NCBI RefSeq assembly: GCF_018350175.1
Contig: NC_058382.1
Location: forward strand, 56,794,001-56,858,000
Reading direction: 5' to 3'
DNA length: 64,000 nt
From: Felis catus
Lineage: Eukaryota
Within the stretch, counting starts at the first letter, position 1. Each line of letters opens with the position of its first letter. Below, in pieces: positions 1-12,607 of this stretch. Made by a program: the position numbers and the translations under genes. The notes under the pieces are model-generated. The model had not been told where the DNA came from. It ran no database searches and was given only the letters and a program-made list of their open reading frames with translations.

Positions 1-654
1 AGCAGATCCCAGGCTGTGGCACACGTGGCTGTTACCAGTGAAAAAGTCAGGGCCCTACGGTGACACAGAAGTCACGAGCAATCCTGAGGTGTATCGTTTT
101 ACCGTGGTTCACTGAGAGCCAAGAGGGTTGGAGTTAAATTCCTTCCCAGAAGTGAATAAATGAATCTACATAGACTGCAGGGTGCCCTGAAGGTTCTTCT
201 CTACCCATCAAGGAAAGAGAGAGAGAGAGAGGGAGACAGGGAGGGCCAGGGAGGAAGAGAAAGGCAAGCCCGGTGTTAGTAAATAATGCCTAAGGGAATC
301 ATTAGAGTGGGGACAGGCTCACCTTATTCTGTGAACTTACAAACAAGAAGGAGAGAAAATATCCCACAACTCCAGACTGGCATATGGGCTCATTGTTTGA
401 AGTGGGATTAGACGAAATGATCCAGAATTGATTTTCATATAGTCACTTCTTTCCAAACTAAAGTCTGTTTCTGTTATAGACTGAATAGCCATTTTCCCCC
501 TGTTGGAAGCGTTGTATTTTGCTGTCAGCCTGCTCACATCTAAGAAGATAGGGATTTATGCGAAGGATCTTCTTCAGCCTGTACTACCTGAATGTGCCTA
601 GGCTTGCATATTACACACCATAACCTTATATGGTTGCTTTTCAAAGTGCATTGA

Positions 655-1590
655 TTCATTCATTCATTCATTCATTCATTCATTCATTCATTCACCAGCA
701 CATCCATCAGGCATGAGTTCCATGCTTCCTCTTTGCCAGGCCGTATATGAGGCTGAGGTACAGTGCAGTGAGCACAACATCGTCCCTGACCTTGTGATGT
801 TATGGTCTAGAATGGGGACAGCGAGCCAGAAAATAGCTTTGGATGGCCCTTAGTGACAAGATGGAATGGGGTGAAATCACCACAGAGGGGGACAATGTGG
901 GCACCTACCGTGACGTTCAGGGAGGTCCTCTCAGAGAAGGCAACATTTACGATCACTGTGTTAGTGTCCGCGGGCTGTGTGGCTTGAACAATAGACAGTT
1001 ATCCTCTCACAGTTCTGGAAGCCAGAGTCCAGGATCAAGCTGTCTGCACGGTGGTCTCTTCTGAGGGAGAGTCTGTTCATGCCTGTCTCTCAGCTTTGGT
1101 GGTTTGCTGGCAATCTATGTTGTTTATAGGCCCATAGATTTATCACCTGATCTCTGCCCTCATCCGCGCATAGCCTTCTCCCTGTGTGCACATCTGTGTC
1201 TAAATTTCCCCCCTTTGTGAGGACTGGTCGCCCGCTCTAATACCCCATTCTAACTTGGTCACCTCTGTGAAGACCCTGTTCCCAAGTAAGGTCACATTCT
1301 AAGATACTGCCGGTTGTGACTCTACCGTATCTTTTTTGGGAGACAGAAATCAACCCAGAACAGTGAGATGCAGGGGTGGGGATGCAGAGGGTCCCTGTGA
1401 AGCCCGCGGTTCTGGGAAGAGCGTGTCTTGTTTGCGGAAGTGAGAGCCGTGCAGTGTGGCTGGAGCAGCACGAGGCAGGACAGAGACTGGACAGGATGAC
1501 AAGGGCCAGATCAAGACTGAGAACCCTAAGAATATTGTTCCACAGGCACATCGCTGGTCAGGAGACTGCTGGGGAGGATGTCACCGGTCA
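655..1590 (-). mobile_element. L2 LINE 3' relic with (TTCA)n tail at 655-694, interrupted by an MLT1 LTR
   Basis: (CATT)n followed by ...tgccaggc...gaggctgaggtacagtgcagtgagcac...gtccctgaccttgtgatgttatggtctag, the typical antisense L2 3' end; L2-like sequence resumes after 1362. Confidence 0.6.
957..1362 (-). mobile_element. ERVL-MaLR solo LTR (MLT1B/C-like)
   Basis: TG...CA ends; ctctcacagttctggaagccagagtcc; ctgtgaagaccctgttcccaagtaaggtcacattct; aatcaacccagaaca. Confidence 0.8.
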
Positions 1591-2486
1591 CACATGACCC
1601 CCCCCCCCGCCTTCCTAGATCCTCAGGTAGGGAACAAGTACCAACCCAGGGACCCGCATTGTTAGGCACTGACATAGTTGTCCACACTCCACGAACCTGC
1701 TGCCTAGACATTCCAGTGCAGAGACTGTGACAGTCACCCTGGCATAGATGAGAAAGCTCAGGCTGAGCGAGATGATTCCTTCCCAGGGTCACGGGAGAAC
1801 CAGATATTGAGATTCCAAGCTTTGCATCTCCTTTTTCCTTGCAAACTCGAAGAGATGTCTTTCTTTGTTGGAGCAGGCTTCCCATCAGCAACAGCAAATG
1901 CGTAATGAGTTCTTATCAAAGGCAAGACTGATCATTCCATCAAGTTGTGCCTGTCTAACACCCCTTGGACCCGTGCTTTCATCCTCTGTCGTTAAATGAG
2001 CATTCTGAAGCCAGTGCACACATCTGGAAGTGCTCGTTCTGTGCCCGGCAGGATCCAAGAGCTCTACCTACGCACCGTCGTTCATTCCTTCTGCCAGCCC
2101 CGAGATGGGTACTGTTGTTACCACACCCACTTCATGGGTGTGGAGACTGAGGCTCCGAGAGCTGGAGAACTTGCCCAGAGTCTACGTCTGTGCTCTCAAC
2201 CCCACCCTAAGCTGCTTCTGTGCTGTAAACGGGTTGAGCGCTTCTGCCCGATTCCGCCTGGATGTTCTGTTTCTATTCCATGGTCTCGCCCTTAGGGTCT
2301 GCTCTCTGGGACGCCCTACCAGGGCCATTCAGGGAGTGTCCAGCCGGTTTTTCTCATTGCACCTGTGCCCCAGGGCCTTGCCAAAGAACCGTGCGTGTAA
2401 CCTCCGGTCTCAGCGCTGCCTGAACTTTTCGAACGTCGCCTCACTTCCTCACCTGCCTCTCCATTCGCATCAGGACAATGGTTGGG

Positions 2487-2590
2487 GAGGCGCCTGGCCG
2501 GCTCAGTCAGAACGTGACTCTTGATCTCAAGGTCATGAGTTGGAGCCCAGTGTTGGATGTAGAGCTCACGAAAATAAAAAATAGTAATAA
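2487..2590 (+). mobile_element. Short tRNA-Lys-derived carnivore SINE (SINEC short form)
   Basis: ggcgcctggccggctcagtcag...tgactcttgatctcaaggtcatgagttggagcccagtgttggatgtagag followed by an A-rich tail. Confidence 0.75.
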
Positions 2591-2691
2591 TATAGCACAC
2601 ACGCAAACACACACACAGACACACACACACAGAATTCTCTCCTGGGCTCACCACGGTAAGTCTAAGCTACTCCTTCCCCTCTGGTTCCTTC

Positions 2692-2725
<34 letters not shown>

Positions 2726-2899
2726 TTTTCTAATAGCCAACCAATTTGAACAGCAGGCCTGTACCTTTACTTTGCTAGGTCCAGGGGCAAATCTAATAAT
2801 TACCTCTTATGAGCGCACAAAAAATGGTATTATCCATAAAACCACCCTTTTTAAGCTAAGAGTTACTATGTGTTGAACCGTAAAGCAGTGTTCTAAAGG

Positions 2900-3090
2900 C
2901 CGTAGGGATCACGAATCATTTCTCGCAATAGCCTTATGACTTAAGGACTCCCATTACCCCCATTTCATAGGTGAGGAAACTGAGGCACAGGAAAGTCAAG
3001 AAACATGCCTGACGTTACAGCATGGTGGGGCAGGGATGCCACCGTGGGTTGGCTGGTTACAGAGCCCAGCTCTCAGCCTCTACGCTGTAC
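2900..3090 (-). mobile_element. MIR SINE
   Basis: Core ccccatttcataggtgaggaaactgaggcacag. Confidence 0.75.
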
Positions 3091-5746
3091 CCACTTTCTG
3101 AGTTTCTGCACGCGGTTCTGGCCCTATGGGATTCAGAAATAAAAGAAGCCAGGCCCCCGACAAGCCATCCTTCTATTAGAGACCTCACCAACAAGGCCAA
3201 GTGCTCTCTGTTGATCCCAGCAACATTCCTGGAAAGATATCGGGAGTTCCAGTTTGTATACACGCGTGTGCGCATCTGACTTGAAATCTTCCTGCATTGC
3301 TGTCGATAGCTTATAATGGTGCACCGATTATTAAATCCCACGATTGAAATCCAGGTTTGTCTCACTGGAGATTTCAGGGAAAGGCCTATAAAGCAAGAAA
3401 AACTTGGGTTCATTAATGAGGGTCATTTTTATCCTAGTCTGTCATCTCTGATAACAATTTTTAAATCTTTTAAATTTATTACTGTCGTTACCGCCGTTCC
3501 GTAGTCATTAATGAGCTAATGTGCTTCTTCAAGTTCACCAGTCCTTGTGCACTTGGCATACTTGTTCTGAGTTACCAGGGTTGCAGGTGGCCTCAGCTCT
3601 TTCATTCACCGCATGCTAATCCAACACAGTGGGGCTGAAGGCTGGGGATTTGAATACGGTGGGCGAGCCCTGGTCTTCTCGAGGCTTAGCAGGGAGGACC
3701 TGTGACATTAAAGCACCACAAGAGGGATGCATCCCACAGATGCGTTCTGAGAGCTTCAGGAGCATGACCTCATCTGGGATTTGGAAAAGTGAGGGCACAA
3801 AGTAACGTCTCCCCTTTAACGTCTTAAACTTTGCTAGCTAAAGCGAGGAGAGATGGTGTCGGGGATGGGATAGCTCTCACATGGGCAAAGCACTCAGCGT
3901 GTGCAAATGCCCTGAGGCACACAAGAGGCATTTGAGGGGCTGAGAGAAGGAGTCCAGGCTAGCTGGTATAGCATAAACACAGGGATAGGCTGGAGAGATG
4001 GCCCACCCTTCACGGGTCTGTTGTCCCAGCGACAGGCCCGGGGCGGCCATGAACTTCCCTTAAGCTCCCCCACATGCCCCAGTCAGAATTAACTGGCTCT
4101 CTCGCTGGTGCCTCTCCAAACATTCTGCTCCTGCCCCAGCACAGCATGCTTCCCAGCATGAGTAGGCATCCATTTATACCTCCTCCAGACTGGAGTTCTC
4201 TGCGGGCAGACACAGCTTCATTTGTCACAGTCTCCCCGTTCAGCCACAGAGCAATGTACACAGAGGGACCGCAAAGAATATTTGTTGCGTTAAATCTAAC
4301 AAACAGCGCTCTTTCCCAGTAGCTCGGCAGATAGGAACAGATGCCTTTGCTAATCGCCCCTGGATGCATGGTTTAACACAGGTTCAATTCGGCGCTGTAG
4401 ATCTATATATCAGAGCCAGAACCAGTTAGCTGTCTGGTTCATAACAGCCAGGCACTGGCCTCCCACAAGATGGGCACTGGGCCTTGTCGCTCAGAGCACA
4501 GCCTCAACAAACCCCGGCAAATTGAATTGACCACTTGTACCTGCCTCGTACAGAAATGGTCAAAATATCATTTTCCTTCAGCTCTGGGAAATTGAAAAGA
4601 CAAATCAATTAGAGTGAGGCCGAGACTCGAGACTCACTCTTCCTCGAGCAAATCTGCTTTTAGTTCCCCAGGGTTCAAGAGCCTCTGCTCGCGCCCGTTT
4701 TGCCGTCGAAGGGCAGAAACCCACTTCGAACGAACGTGAGCAGGTCCTAGAGTGCGTCGGCCCCCTTCGCAAGGTGATGAGCGGGACTCATCACTGGGGA
4801 CCCATCACCGGGCATGGTGTTGGCACTCGTTACCGGAAAATGCATTCGCACTCGCCACTGGGGAAGTCTCCGGGCTTTCCGACCCCAGGCTGCCTCCAGG
4901 GCTCAGAGAGCGTCATCAGAACACCGTCTAGATACCCCTCCATCCCTAAGCTGTGCTCGTCTCTCTCGGTTGCCTTTCTTCTCTGGGGGGCTGTCTCCTC
5001 ATGGCAGGCGCGATGGCCTCTGGTGGCCCTGAGCTCATGTCCCCATGGCTTATGTACGAAGAAAGACACACATACCCTCCTGCCCAGATCAAAAGGCTAA
5101 TCTCCTAGAAAGACTTTGATTGCTTGTACTGGGTCGCAAGGCCACCTCAGGCCAGACTCTGAGGGCCAGGGAACGATGAGATGGCTGGCCCGTCCCAGGT
5201 CACGGGCTCACCTCCGAGGAGGAAAAGCGAGGACCGTGTTGATCGCACCAGTGTGACCCCCTGGGATGAGGAGATAGTTCCCCAAAGAGACGAATGTCCG
5301 CACGTAGACATGTTCCGTCCACTCCAGCAACTGTGTGAAAGGGAGGCAGTTACCGCGGGCTGCTCAGCACAAGCAGGGGTGCTGAGGCCGCCTTGCCCAG
5401 CTTTGCAAGAGTTGTCTGGGCATCTCCTCCTGGCTCTACGTGCGGTGACGTCGCGCTGGCAGCTGGAAGCCGGCCGTGGTGGAGGTGGGACACGGGCTCC
5501 GAACCAGGCCTTGTTTTCCTGAAGAGTCTGCTGTTAGACGTTCACCAGCGCCCCGCCGTAAGCTGTCGTGGGCCCCGCCTAAATAAAACGTGCGTGTGCG
5601 CGCGCCTGCCCTTGAAATCGGAAGGACGAGCCCCTGGTTCTCTCCAAAGATCCACGGTCTCAGGACGCACTTACTTCTTCCAGACTGGTTCATCAGCGTC
5701 TGTGTTCTGAAGTCCAGATGCCCATGTGTTTAAAGGATGGCCCTTC

Positions 5747-6530
5747 CACACCTGGACAGGGGTCTACACCCCGGACAGGGGGTCCGTACCCGGACAAGGG
5801 GTCCACACCCCAGACAGGGGGTCCACACCCTGGACAGGGGGTCCAGACAGGGGGTCCGCACCCCGGACAGGGGGTCCGCACCCAGACAGGGGGTCCACAC
5901 CCCAGACGGGTCTACACCCTGGACAGGGGGTCAAGACAGGGGTCTGCACCAGGACAGGGGTTCCGCGCCCGGACAGGGGGTCCACACCCAGACGGGTCTA
6001 CACCCTGGACAGGGGGTCAAGACAGGGGTCTGCACCAGGACAGGGGTTCCGCGCCCAGACAGGGGGTCCACACCCCAGACAGGGGTCTACACCCTGGACA
6101 GGGGGTCAAGACAGGGGTCTGCACCTGGACAGGGGGTCCACACCCCGGACAGGGGTCAAGACAGGGGGTCCACACCCTGGACAGGGGATCAAGACCAGGG
6201 GTCAGAACCCCAGACAAGGGGTCCACACCCTGGACATTTAGTCCACACCCCGGACAGGGGGTCTACACCCCAGACAGGGGGGTCAAGACAGGGGGTCTGC
6301 ACCCCGGACAGGGGGTCCACACCCAGACAGGAGTCCGCACCCCGGGCAGGGGGTCCACACCCTAGACAGGGGTCCAGACAGGGGGTCTGCACCCTGGACA
6401 GGGGGTCAAGACAGGGGTCCGCACCCCAGACAAGGGGTCCACACCCTCGACATTGAGTCCACACCCCGGACAGGGGGTCCACACCCCAGACAGGGGGTCC
6501 GCACCCCGGACACGGGGTCCACACCACGGA
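5747..6530. repeat. GC-rich minisatellite/VNTR, ~13-20 bp units (consensus CCCCGGACAGGGGGTCCACA)
   Basis: About 40 GACAGGGG(G)TC-type units read directly; explains the overlapping repetitive ORFs at 5718-6456. Confidence 0.95.
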
Positions 6531-7402
6531 TAGTGGGAGAGGCTCCCGATATTTATTTTTTGCAGACCCCCCCCTTTCCATTGCCCCCTCCCCTCGCTGG
6601 CGGCTGAGTGAGTGGGATCCCGTGCTGAGAGCAGAGCCATTCAGTGGCTCCCCCGGCCACAGGCCTGTCTCCTTCCCCTGCCCGCCCTGGGATTTGTTGT
6701 CCTCCTCTCAGAGCTGCAGAAGAGAAGTTATTTTCTCTTTGCAATTTCTACCACTTGTCTTCCCCCCTCCTTTTGCCTCGTGGGGAGCGGGAGCCCAGCT
6801 GGCCTGTCATCCCCGAGGGAGAGGCTCACGGGCCGTTGGCTTGAGTGGCAGCGTCCCCGTGCTTGGGGAGGGGAGGTCCGGGGCTCCCTCCAGGAGGCAG
6901 CTCAGCCCAAGGACCCGCGGATCTGATGAGACAAGGGCAGGTGGCAGGTGACTGAGGTGGGGCAGGGGCTGCGGCGTCTGAGAGTGAGGTTAACCGAGGG
7001 CCTTTGCCTCAGAGCGGTGTGCCACAGGTGGCCTGTGAGGGAACAGGCTGGCTTCGTCTTCCTGGGCTCTTTTCGTTTCTTCAGGTGGCTTTGCCACGTG
7101 GCACATGGCCGTTTCGTACTCTCCACCTTTGGAGAGGGCAGACTGGAGGCCAGAGGCCCAGGGAATGCGGGGAAACCATCTGCCGTCTGATGTGTGCACA
7201 CGTGGAGCTGTCCCGGGGACTTTCCGTCAGTACGGTGACTGTCACTGTGTATGATGGATCCCCGGGTGAGGGAGCCCTTAGGGTGTAGGGGACACTCAGG
7301 AATTCCATGAGCATTAATTAAACGCCTGCTGGAAGCCAGGCACTGTGATAGAGGGAATTTAAAGAGTGAATCGATAGATAACATTTGTGGGGTTTTTGCT
7401 TG

Positions 7403-7573
7403 TTTCTTAAGTGTTTATTTCTTTATTTTGAGAGACAGAGAGAGCTCACATGGAAGAGGGGCAGAGGGAGAGAGAGAGAGTCCCAACTCAAGGCTCGATC
7501 CACCAACCGTGAGATCATGACCTGAGCCGAAATCAAGTCAGACGCTTAACCGACTGAGCCACCCAGACGCCCC
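7403..7573 (-). mobile_element. Can-SINE (SINEC), internally deleted
   Basis: gagatcatgacctgagccgaaatcaagtcagacgcttaaccgactgagccacccagacgcccc, with (GA)n and a T-rich tail. Confidence 0.9.
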
Positions 7574-9683
7574 AATAGATCATATTTGAATGCAAGTCCT
7601 GAGCCCGTGGTTTCCCCACCCGGGTGGGGTGAGACCTTCCATTCTTCCTACGTGACTCTAAACAGCTGCTTACTGAGTGGTGATCTCCACCCTCCCTGCT
7701 CTCTTGAAAACCCTCTTGTCCCCTCTCCCTTTCTCGGCATGTGTCTTTGCCCCCTTTCCATTTCAAAACAGACCCCATGGGAGGAGGCAGCAGAGCCAAG
7801 GTCAAGGGGACACTCTGGACTCAGATAATCTCCAAAACTTGAAAAAGATTCCAATGCATTGATCCAATAAACTCACTTGCAGGAATGCAGCCTAAGAAAC
7901 TAGACAGAGGTCAACAAAGATACAGAAAAACACAGTTCCCAGGAGGCCCCTGACCCAGTTAGCCCCAGGTCTCGGCTTAATTAACAAAGATGTTAATTAC
8001 AAAACTTTCTGGGCCCTCTCAGCTTCCTTCATCTGGCCGATACCCACACTGTAATCCTGCCTGTGAGGGTCGGGGCAGTTTGTTCTCTGCCTTTCTTCCG
8101 TCTCTCCTCGGTCTCCTCTGATGTGTCACATCTCAGACCCCTTGTCCACGCGACCCCTTCAGCCGTTCTCTAGATTCCTACAGACCTGAGCGAGAACGTC
8201 TTATGTTTGAGCAAAAGCTGACCTGAGACAATAGCTAATGGCCCTCAGTTCTAAGACCGTACACAACCTCTTCCCAGTCTGTATTTTTTATTTGCAAGGT
8301 TACGGACCATGTCATTCTATATCCGTTCAGAATTTCGTCAGAAGGCAAATGGAATACATCTGAGGCAGCCTCGGGGCTTCCTACCTGGTCCTGCGTCACC
8401 CATGGCCAGCTGGCCCTCCTGGTTTATTTGTACCTTCTTTCCCACCTGAAAGGTTGAGTGACTGATTTGTGAAAGAAATTGAAATTGCGCACTCTGTCTA
8501 AAAGCTTCCTATGGGCCCGCTACCTATTTCTGAAGAAATTTTAATAACGCTTCTGGGTTTTAAAGTCAGCAGGAAACCTACAATCAGGATTGTTGCATTT
8601 TCCCCAATATCCAACACAGGGCTCACGTGTAATAAGAAACTCAATACTATTTGCAGAACGAGTAAATTTTCATGGGAACTGGTAATTGCTGGTCTATAAA
8701 AGTTCTCTCCCCTATGTTTCCGCTATTGAGTAAAAATGATTTTTGTATTTGTAACCAACTAGACTCATTTCAGATGGAAATACTCATCTATAATTGTCCT
8801 AGTACAGGAAGCACCAAGCTCTCAAGGCAGAAATAATAAAGCCAGCTAACCAGGTTTCATACCTGCACAATTTACCTAAATAGAGATCGCCCAAAGAAGT
8901 TTTGTCAGCAGTCTGAAAAGTTTCTCATAAGATTTTTAAAATATATTTTATGGTCAAGATGTTGTAGTACCCTCCCAGGACTAATTCATATCTGGCCGAG
9001 AAAAAAATCGCATTTTCCCATTTACATTCCGAAGTCTGAACTTTTATTTTATAAATGAATTTTCCCTCCAATTCAGGAACTACTGGCTGCATTACAAATT
9101 TTAATGCTACTATTATAGGACCATAATTTTAAAAACCCAGGGTTCTCCAAGGGCTCCTACAGCTAGCCATCCCTCCACTTTATTAAAATGAATGAACAGA
9201 TGTACAATTTATTTCTGCCGAGCTATCATCTAAATTCATAAGCTATTTCTCATGTGTCTGAAATCCACGTTGGGTTCCCATTTTCTTTGCCTTAGAAAAA
9301 AAAAATTGCACTCCCTCATTTATCACTCTGGGGACATAAACGAGAAGTCTACTCTCCACTTCATTCACTTTAGACTAATATCCTCGACACAATTTAAATC
9401 CCATCTCTTCAAGGCCATTCAACGAGAGCAAGGCAGGGGAACAGCCCCGCAGCCAATTGGAAGACCAGCCAGTTCAGTCTCTCGGGCTGGCCCCCGAGCT
9501 GCAAGGGAAGGGAAGGTGCAAAAAATTTGCACCTAGAATCTGCAGTAGATGAGACAGTTGAGGACCGTCAAAGTTGAATTGTCAGTAACCAAGATGTGTC
9601 TCAGCTTCCACCTTTTATAGAACCCTCAGATCGCACTGTTTCCCGTGTGCTGACTGTCGTCTGATTACGAGTGGGTGACAATC

Positions 9684-9827
9684 GGGGCACCTGGGTGGCT
9701 CAGTCGGTAGAGCATCAGACTTCAGCTCAGGTCATGATCTCACGGTTCGTGAGTCTGTGCTGACAGCTCGGAGCCTGGAGCCTGCTTCAGATTCTGTGTC
9801 TCCCTGTCTCTCTGCCCCTCCCTGCTT

Positions 9828-9891
<64 letters not shown>

Positions 9892-9922
9892 AAAAATAAA
9901 TAAACATTAAAAAAACATTTTT
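9684..9922 (+). mobile_element. SINEC_Fc with expanded (CT)n and B-box deletion
   Basis: ggggcacctgggtggctcagtcggt head; (CT)n at 9829-9891; aaaaataaataaacatt tail. Confidence 0.93.
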
Positions 9923-10019
9923 AGAAAGTTGTTGGAGACAATTAACAGATTCAGCTTGTATTAATGGACATTTAGCCAAGCTCTGAAGACGCCCACGCTG
10001 ATCCCAGATTGACGTTAAA

Positions 10020-10225
10020 TGCCGGCACTGTCGTTTTTTCTGGCTGTGTGAGCTTAGACATATTACTTAACCTCTCTGAGATCTGGTTTCTTTATTAGTA
10101 AAATGGAGACAAACGTACTCATCTCGTAGTAAGGATTAAATAGAGCATTTTAACATCAAGGCCAGTAATAGATGATGAGCACAGAGCCTGGCATTTGGCT
10201 CAGTGAGAGCGCCGTTGTGATAATT
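10020..10225 (+). mobile_element. MIR SINE
   Basis: ggctgtgtgagcttagacatattacttaacctctctgag...gtaaaatggagac...aggattaaatagag. Confidence 0.75.
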
Positions 10226-12190
10226 ATAGCATCCCAGAGACACATCCGTGCCCAAGAAACATTTGGGCTGAAATTACAGAGCACCCCACTTCCCCAGTCT
10301 TGCATCTGCTGGCATGGTTCAAGGGAACCGTGAGGAAGGCATTTTGTAGCCAGCAAATGCAATCGATGAGGGTACGTTGGAAAGAGACAGAGTGAAGCGC
10401 TCAGGTTATCTGACAGAGCTCTGCTCCCTGAAGAATTCTGTTTATGAGATTCTGGAGGAACTGGGCAGTAAAACTTGCCTGAGTTTCTAGGTCTGCATGG
10501 AAGTCTGCCCTGCATCTATAAACGCAGCCCAGGCTTAGGACTTTAATAAGATTCTGAGCGTTGTTTGTTTGTTTGTTTTCTTTCCACCACCTTCCACCAC
10601 CGTGTCGCTTGGAGGAAAACATCCTGTTAACTCCATCCGCTTGAGCTCTATGACCGTTCTGTCATTTCCGCCCAGGCTTCTTTTTTTTTCTCCCAGGTAA
10701 CGTTCTGGTGGGAGAAGGTAGGCTCTGCTGGTGCCTGGAAGACGGGCATAAAAATGATGGAGCTCTTTCATTTAGCAGAGACGTAGCTTCACGAGGCCAG
10801 TGTCAACAGGGCACGTTCCCCCAAGAGCAGTAACGCTTTGGGAGGGAAGGAAAGAGGAAAGTCACATCAAGATGGGCCGGTGAGATGGCTCCTGGGGAGC
10901 CACTGGAGTGCCGTTCGTCAGCGTTCGCACAATAAAGTATTGCGGAGGGGAGCCAGCCGTGGTGACCCGTAACAGCTCCTGGCAGAGCTCGGTCTCTGCA
11001 TTTGTCAGTAGCCCCCGTCAGAGCTGCCGTTGTTGCCACTGATGACTTCGTGGGCTGTTGTGCCATATGGGGTCCCGCTCAATCCCGTCATCTCTGCTTG
11101 GCCAAACCACGTGTCAAGGTCACGGTTCCCAGACCCCCACACCCCCCACCCCCAACCAAGATTTCAAAGTATCATTCACCAGTTGGGCAAAGTAATAAGA
11201 TAAGCTGTCCATAAGACAAGGCTGCTTTGGGGCTTTGAAATTCCAGCAAGGAAGCCAGTGCCGCTGACAGAAATGCGACGATTTGAGAGTACAGGATTTT
11301 ACAACACAACGAACCCAATTACTTCAACCCTTGGCATCTCCCGAGATAGAATCCAAGGAGGAGACGAGGCGGGGGAGGGCTTTAATTCCCTCTTGGTTCC
11401 AGTTGTCTCTCTGTTCACACTGTCAGGTTGACTAGAAGGACCATTTTTATCCCTTCAAAGTTCCAGCTTTGTCCCTGCGTCTTATTTGCAGGATGGGGTG
11501 GGGTGATGCGTGGGGGGGGGTGACTTGGGTGTCAGGGGACCCTCAGTTCCAGTATTATCTCCATCACCTTCCAGCTCTTGGCTGTGACACGAGTTCCCTC
11601 ACTGCTGTGACCTTGTCCCCTCGCCTGGGAAATGGGGGTGTTAATGACAATGGCCAGCGGTTCTGTGCAGGACGGCGTGCACAGTGACTTGTGTGCATGT
11701 CACATGCCCTCACCACCTCCTTATGGGGTAAATTCTAGTCCCTCCTGTTCGCAGACGAGGAATCTGGGCTCCGGCAGGTTCGGGGAGGTGCCCAGCTTAC
11801 AGCTGGCCTGTCATGCAGCTGGCATTCCATCCGAAACTACAGATTGCCCTCGAGGTCAGCCACCGCTCCTGGCATATTGTCACCTTTGAACCCACATTAC
11901 TGACACCGATTTGGGGTAGTCCACCACTCTCCGCTGAATAAAGGCTGTACCTGAGTTCATTTTATTGGCCAAGAATCCTAGGATTGTCCCATGGTGTAGG
12001 TTGGTTCAGGGTGTTGAAAAGCATCCCCTGTCCTCACTCTCTATGGAAAAGCAAGTCTGAAAAGTATTGCTTTGAACATGGTGCTGCATAGTCTTTTCAA
12101 AGACTACTTCAAAGACTTTTCCGCCCACTCTCTCTTCGCTAACTCAGCACAAAGGCTGAGCCAGCCAGATTAGGAAAGTTTGTTGTTGGC

Positions 12191-12376
12191 TTTTTTTTTT
12201 TTCCAGTTTGTTTATTTAAGGGAGAGAGAGAAAGAGGGAGACACAGAATCCAGAGCAGGCTCTAGGCTCTGAGCTGTTAGCATAGAGCCCAACGCAGGGC
12301 TCAAACTCACAAACCACGAGATCATGAGCTGAGCCGAAGTCAGATGCTTAACCGACTGAGCCGCCCGGGTGCCCCC
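12191..12376 (-). mobile_element. SINEC_Fc
   Basis: gagggagacacagaatcc...gctctgagctg...gccgaagtcagatgcttaaccgactgagcc. Confidence 0.92.
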
Positions 12377-12411
12377 CGCCTTGTAGTTTTTTAAAATTAC
12401 ATGGGCTATGA

Positions 12412-12434
12412 TTTTTGGTTTTTCTCTTTTTCTC

Positions 12435-12486
<52 letters not shown>

Positions 12487-12607
12487 TCCCAAGCAGGTTC
12501 TGCACTGTCAGCGCGGAGCCCGACGCGGGGCTCGAACCCACAAAGTGTGAGATCACCTGCCAAAATCAGAAGTCAGATGCTTAACTGACTGAGCCACCCA
12601 GGCGCCC
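12412..12607 (-). mobile_element. Can-SINE (older SINEC type) with long (GA)n
   Basis: agagaatcccaagcagg...cccgacgcggggctcgaaccc...tgactgagccacccaggcgccc. Confidence 0.9.

Noticed and set aside
2487..2590. Possible tRNA-Lys gene
   Set aside because: Damaged D-arm and B-box, no proper acceptor stem, and an A-rich tail: a tRNA-derived SINE.
4611..4640. AGAGTGAG...CTCACTCT hairpin
   Set aside because: An 8-bp stem is expected by chance in 64 kb and is too short for a pre-miRNA.
5693..6640. Overlapping 170-240 aa ORFs and palindromic repeats resembling a repeat protein or CRISPR array
   Set aside because: Units are tandem with no unique spacers, there are no cas genes and the context is mammalian; the ORFs are open only because the unit lacks stop codons.
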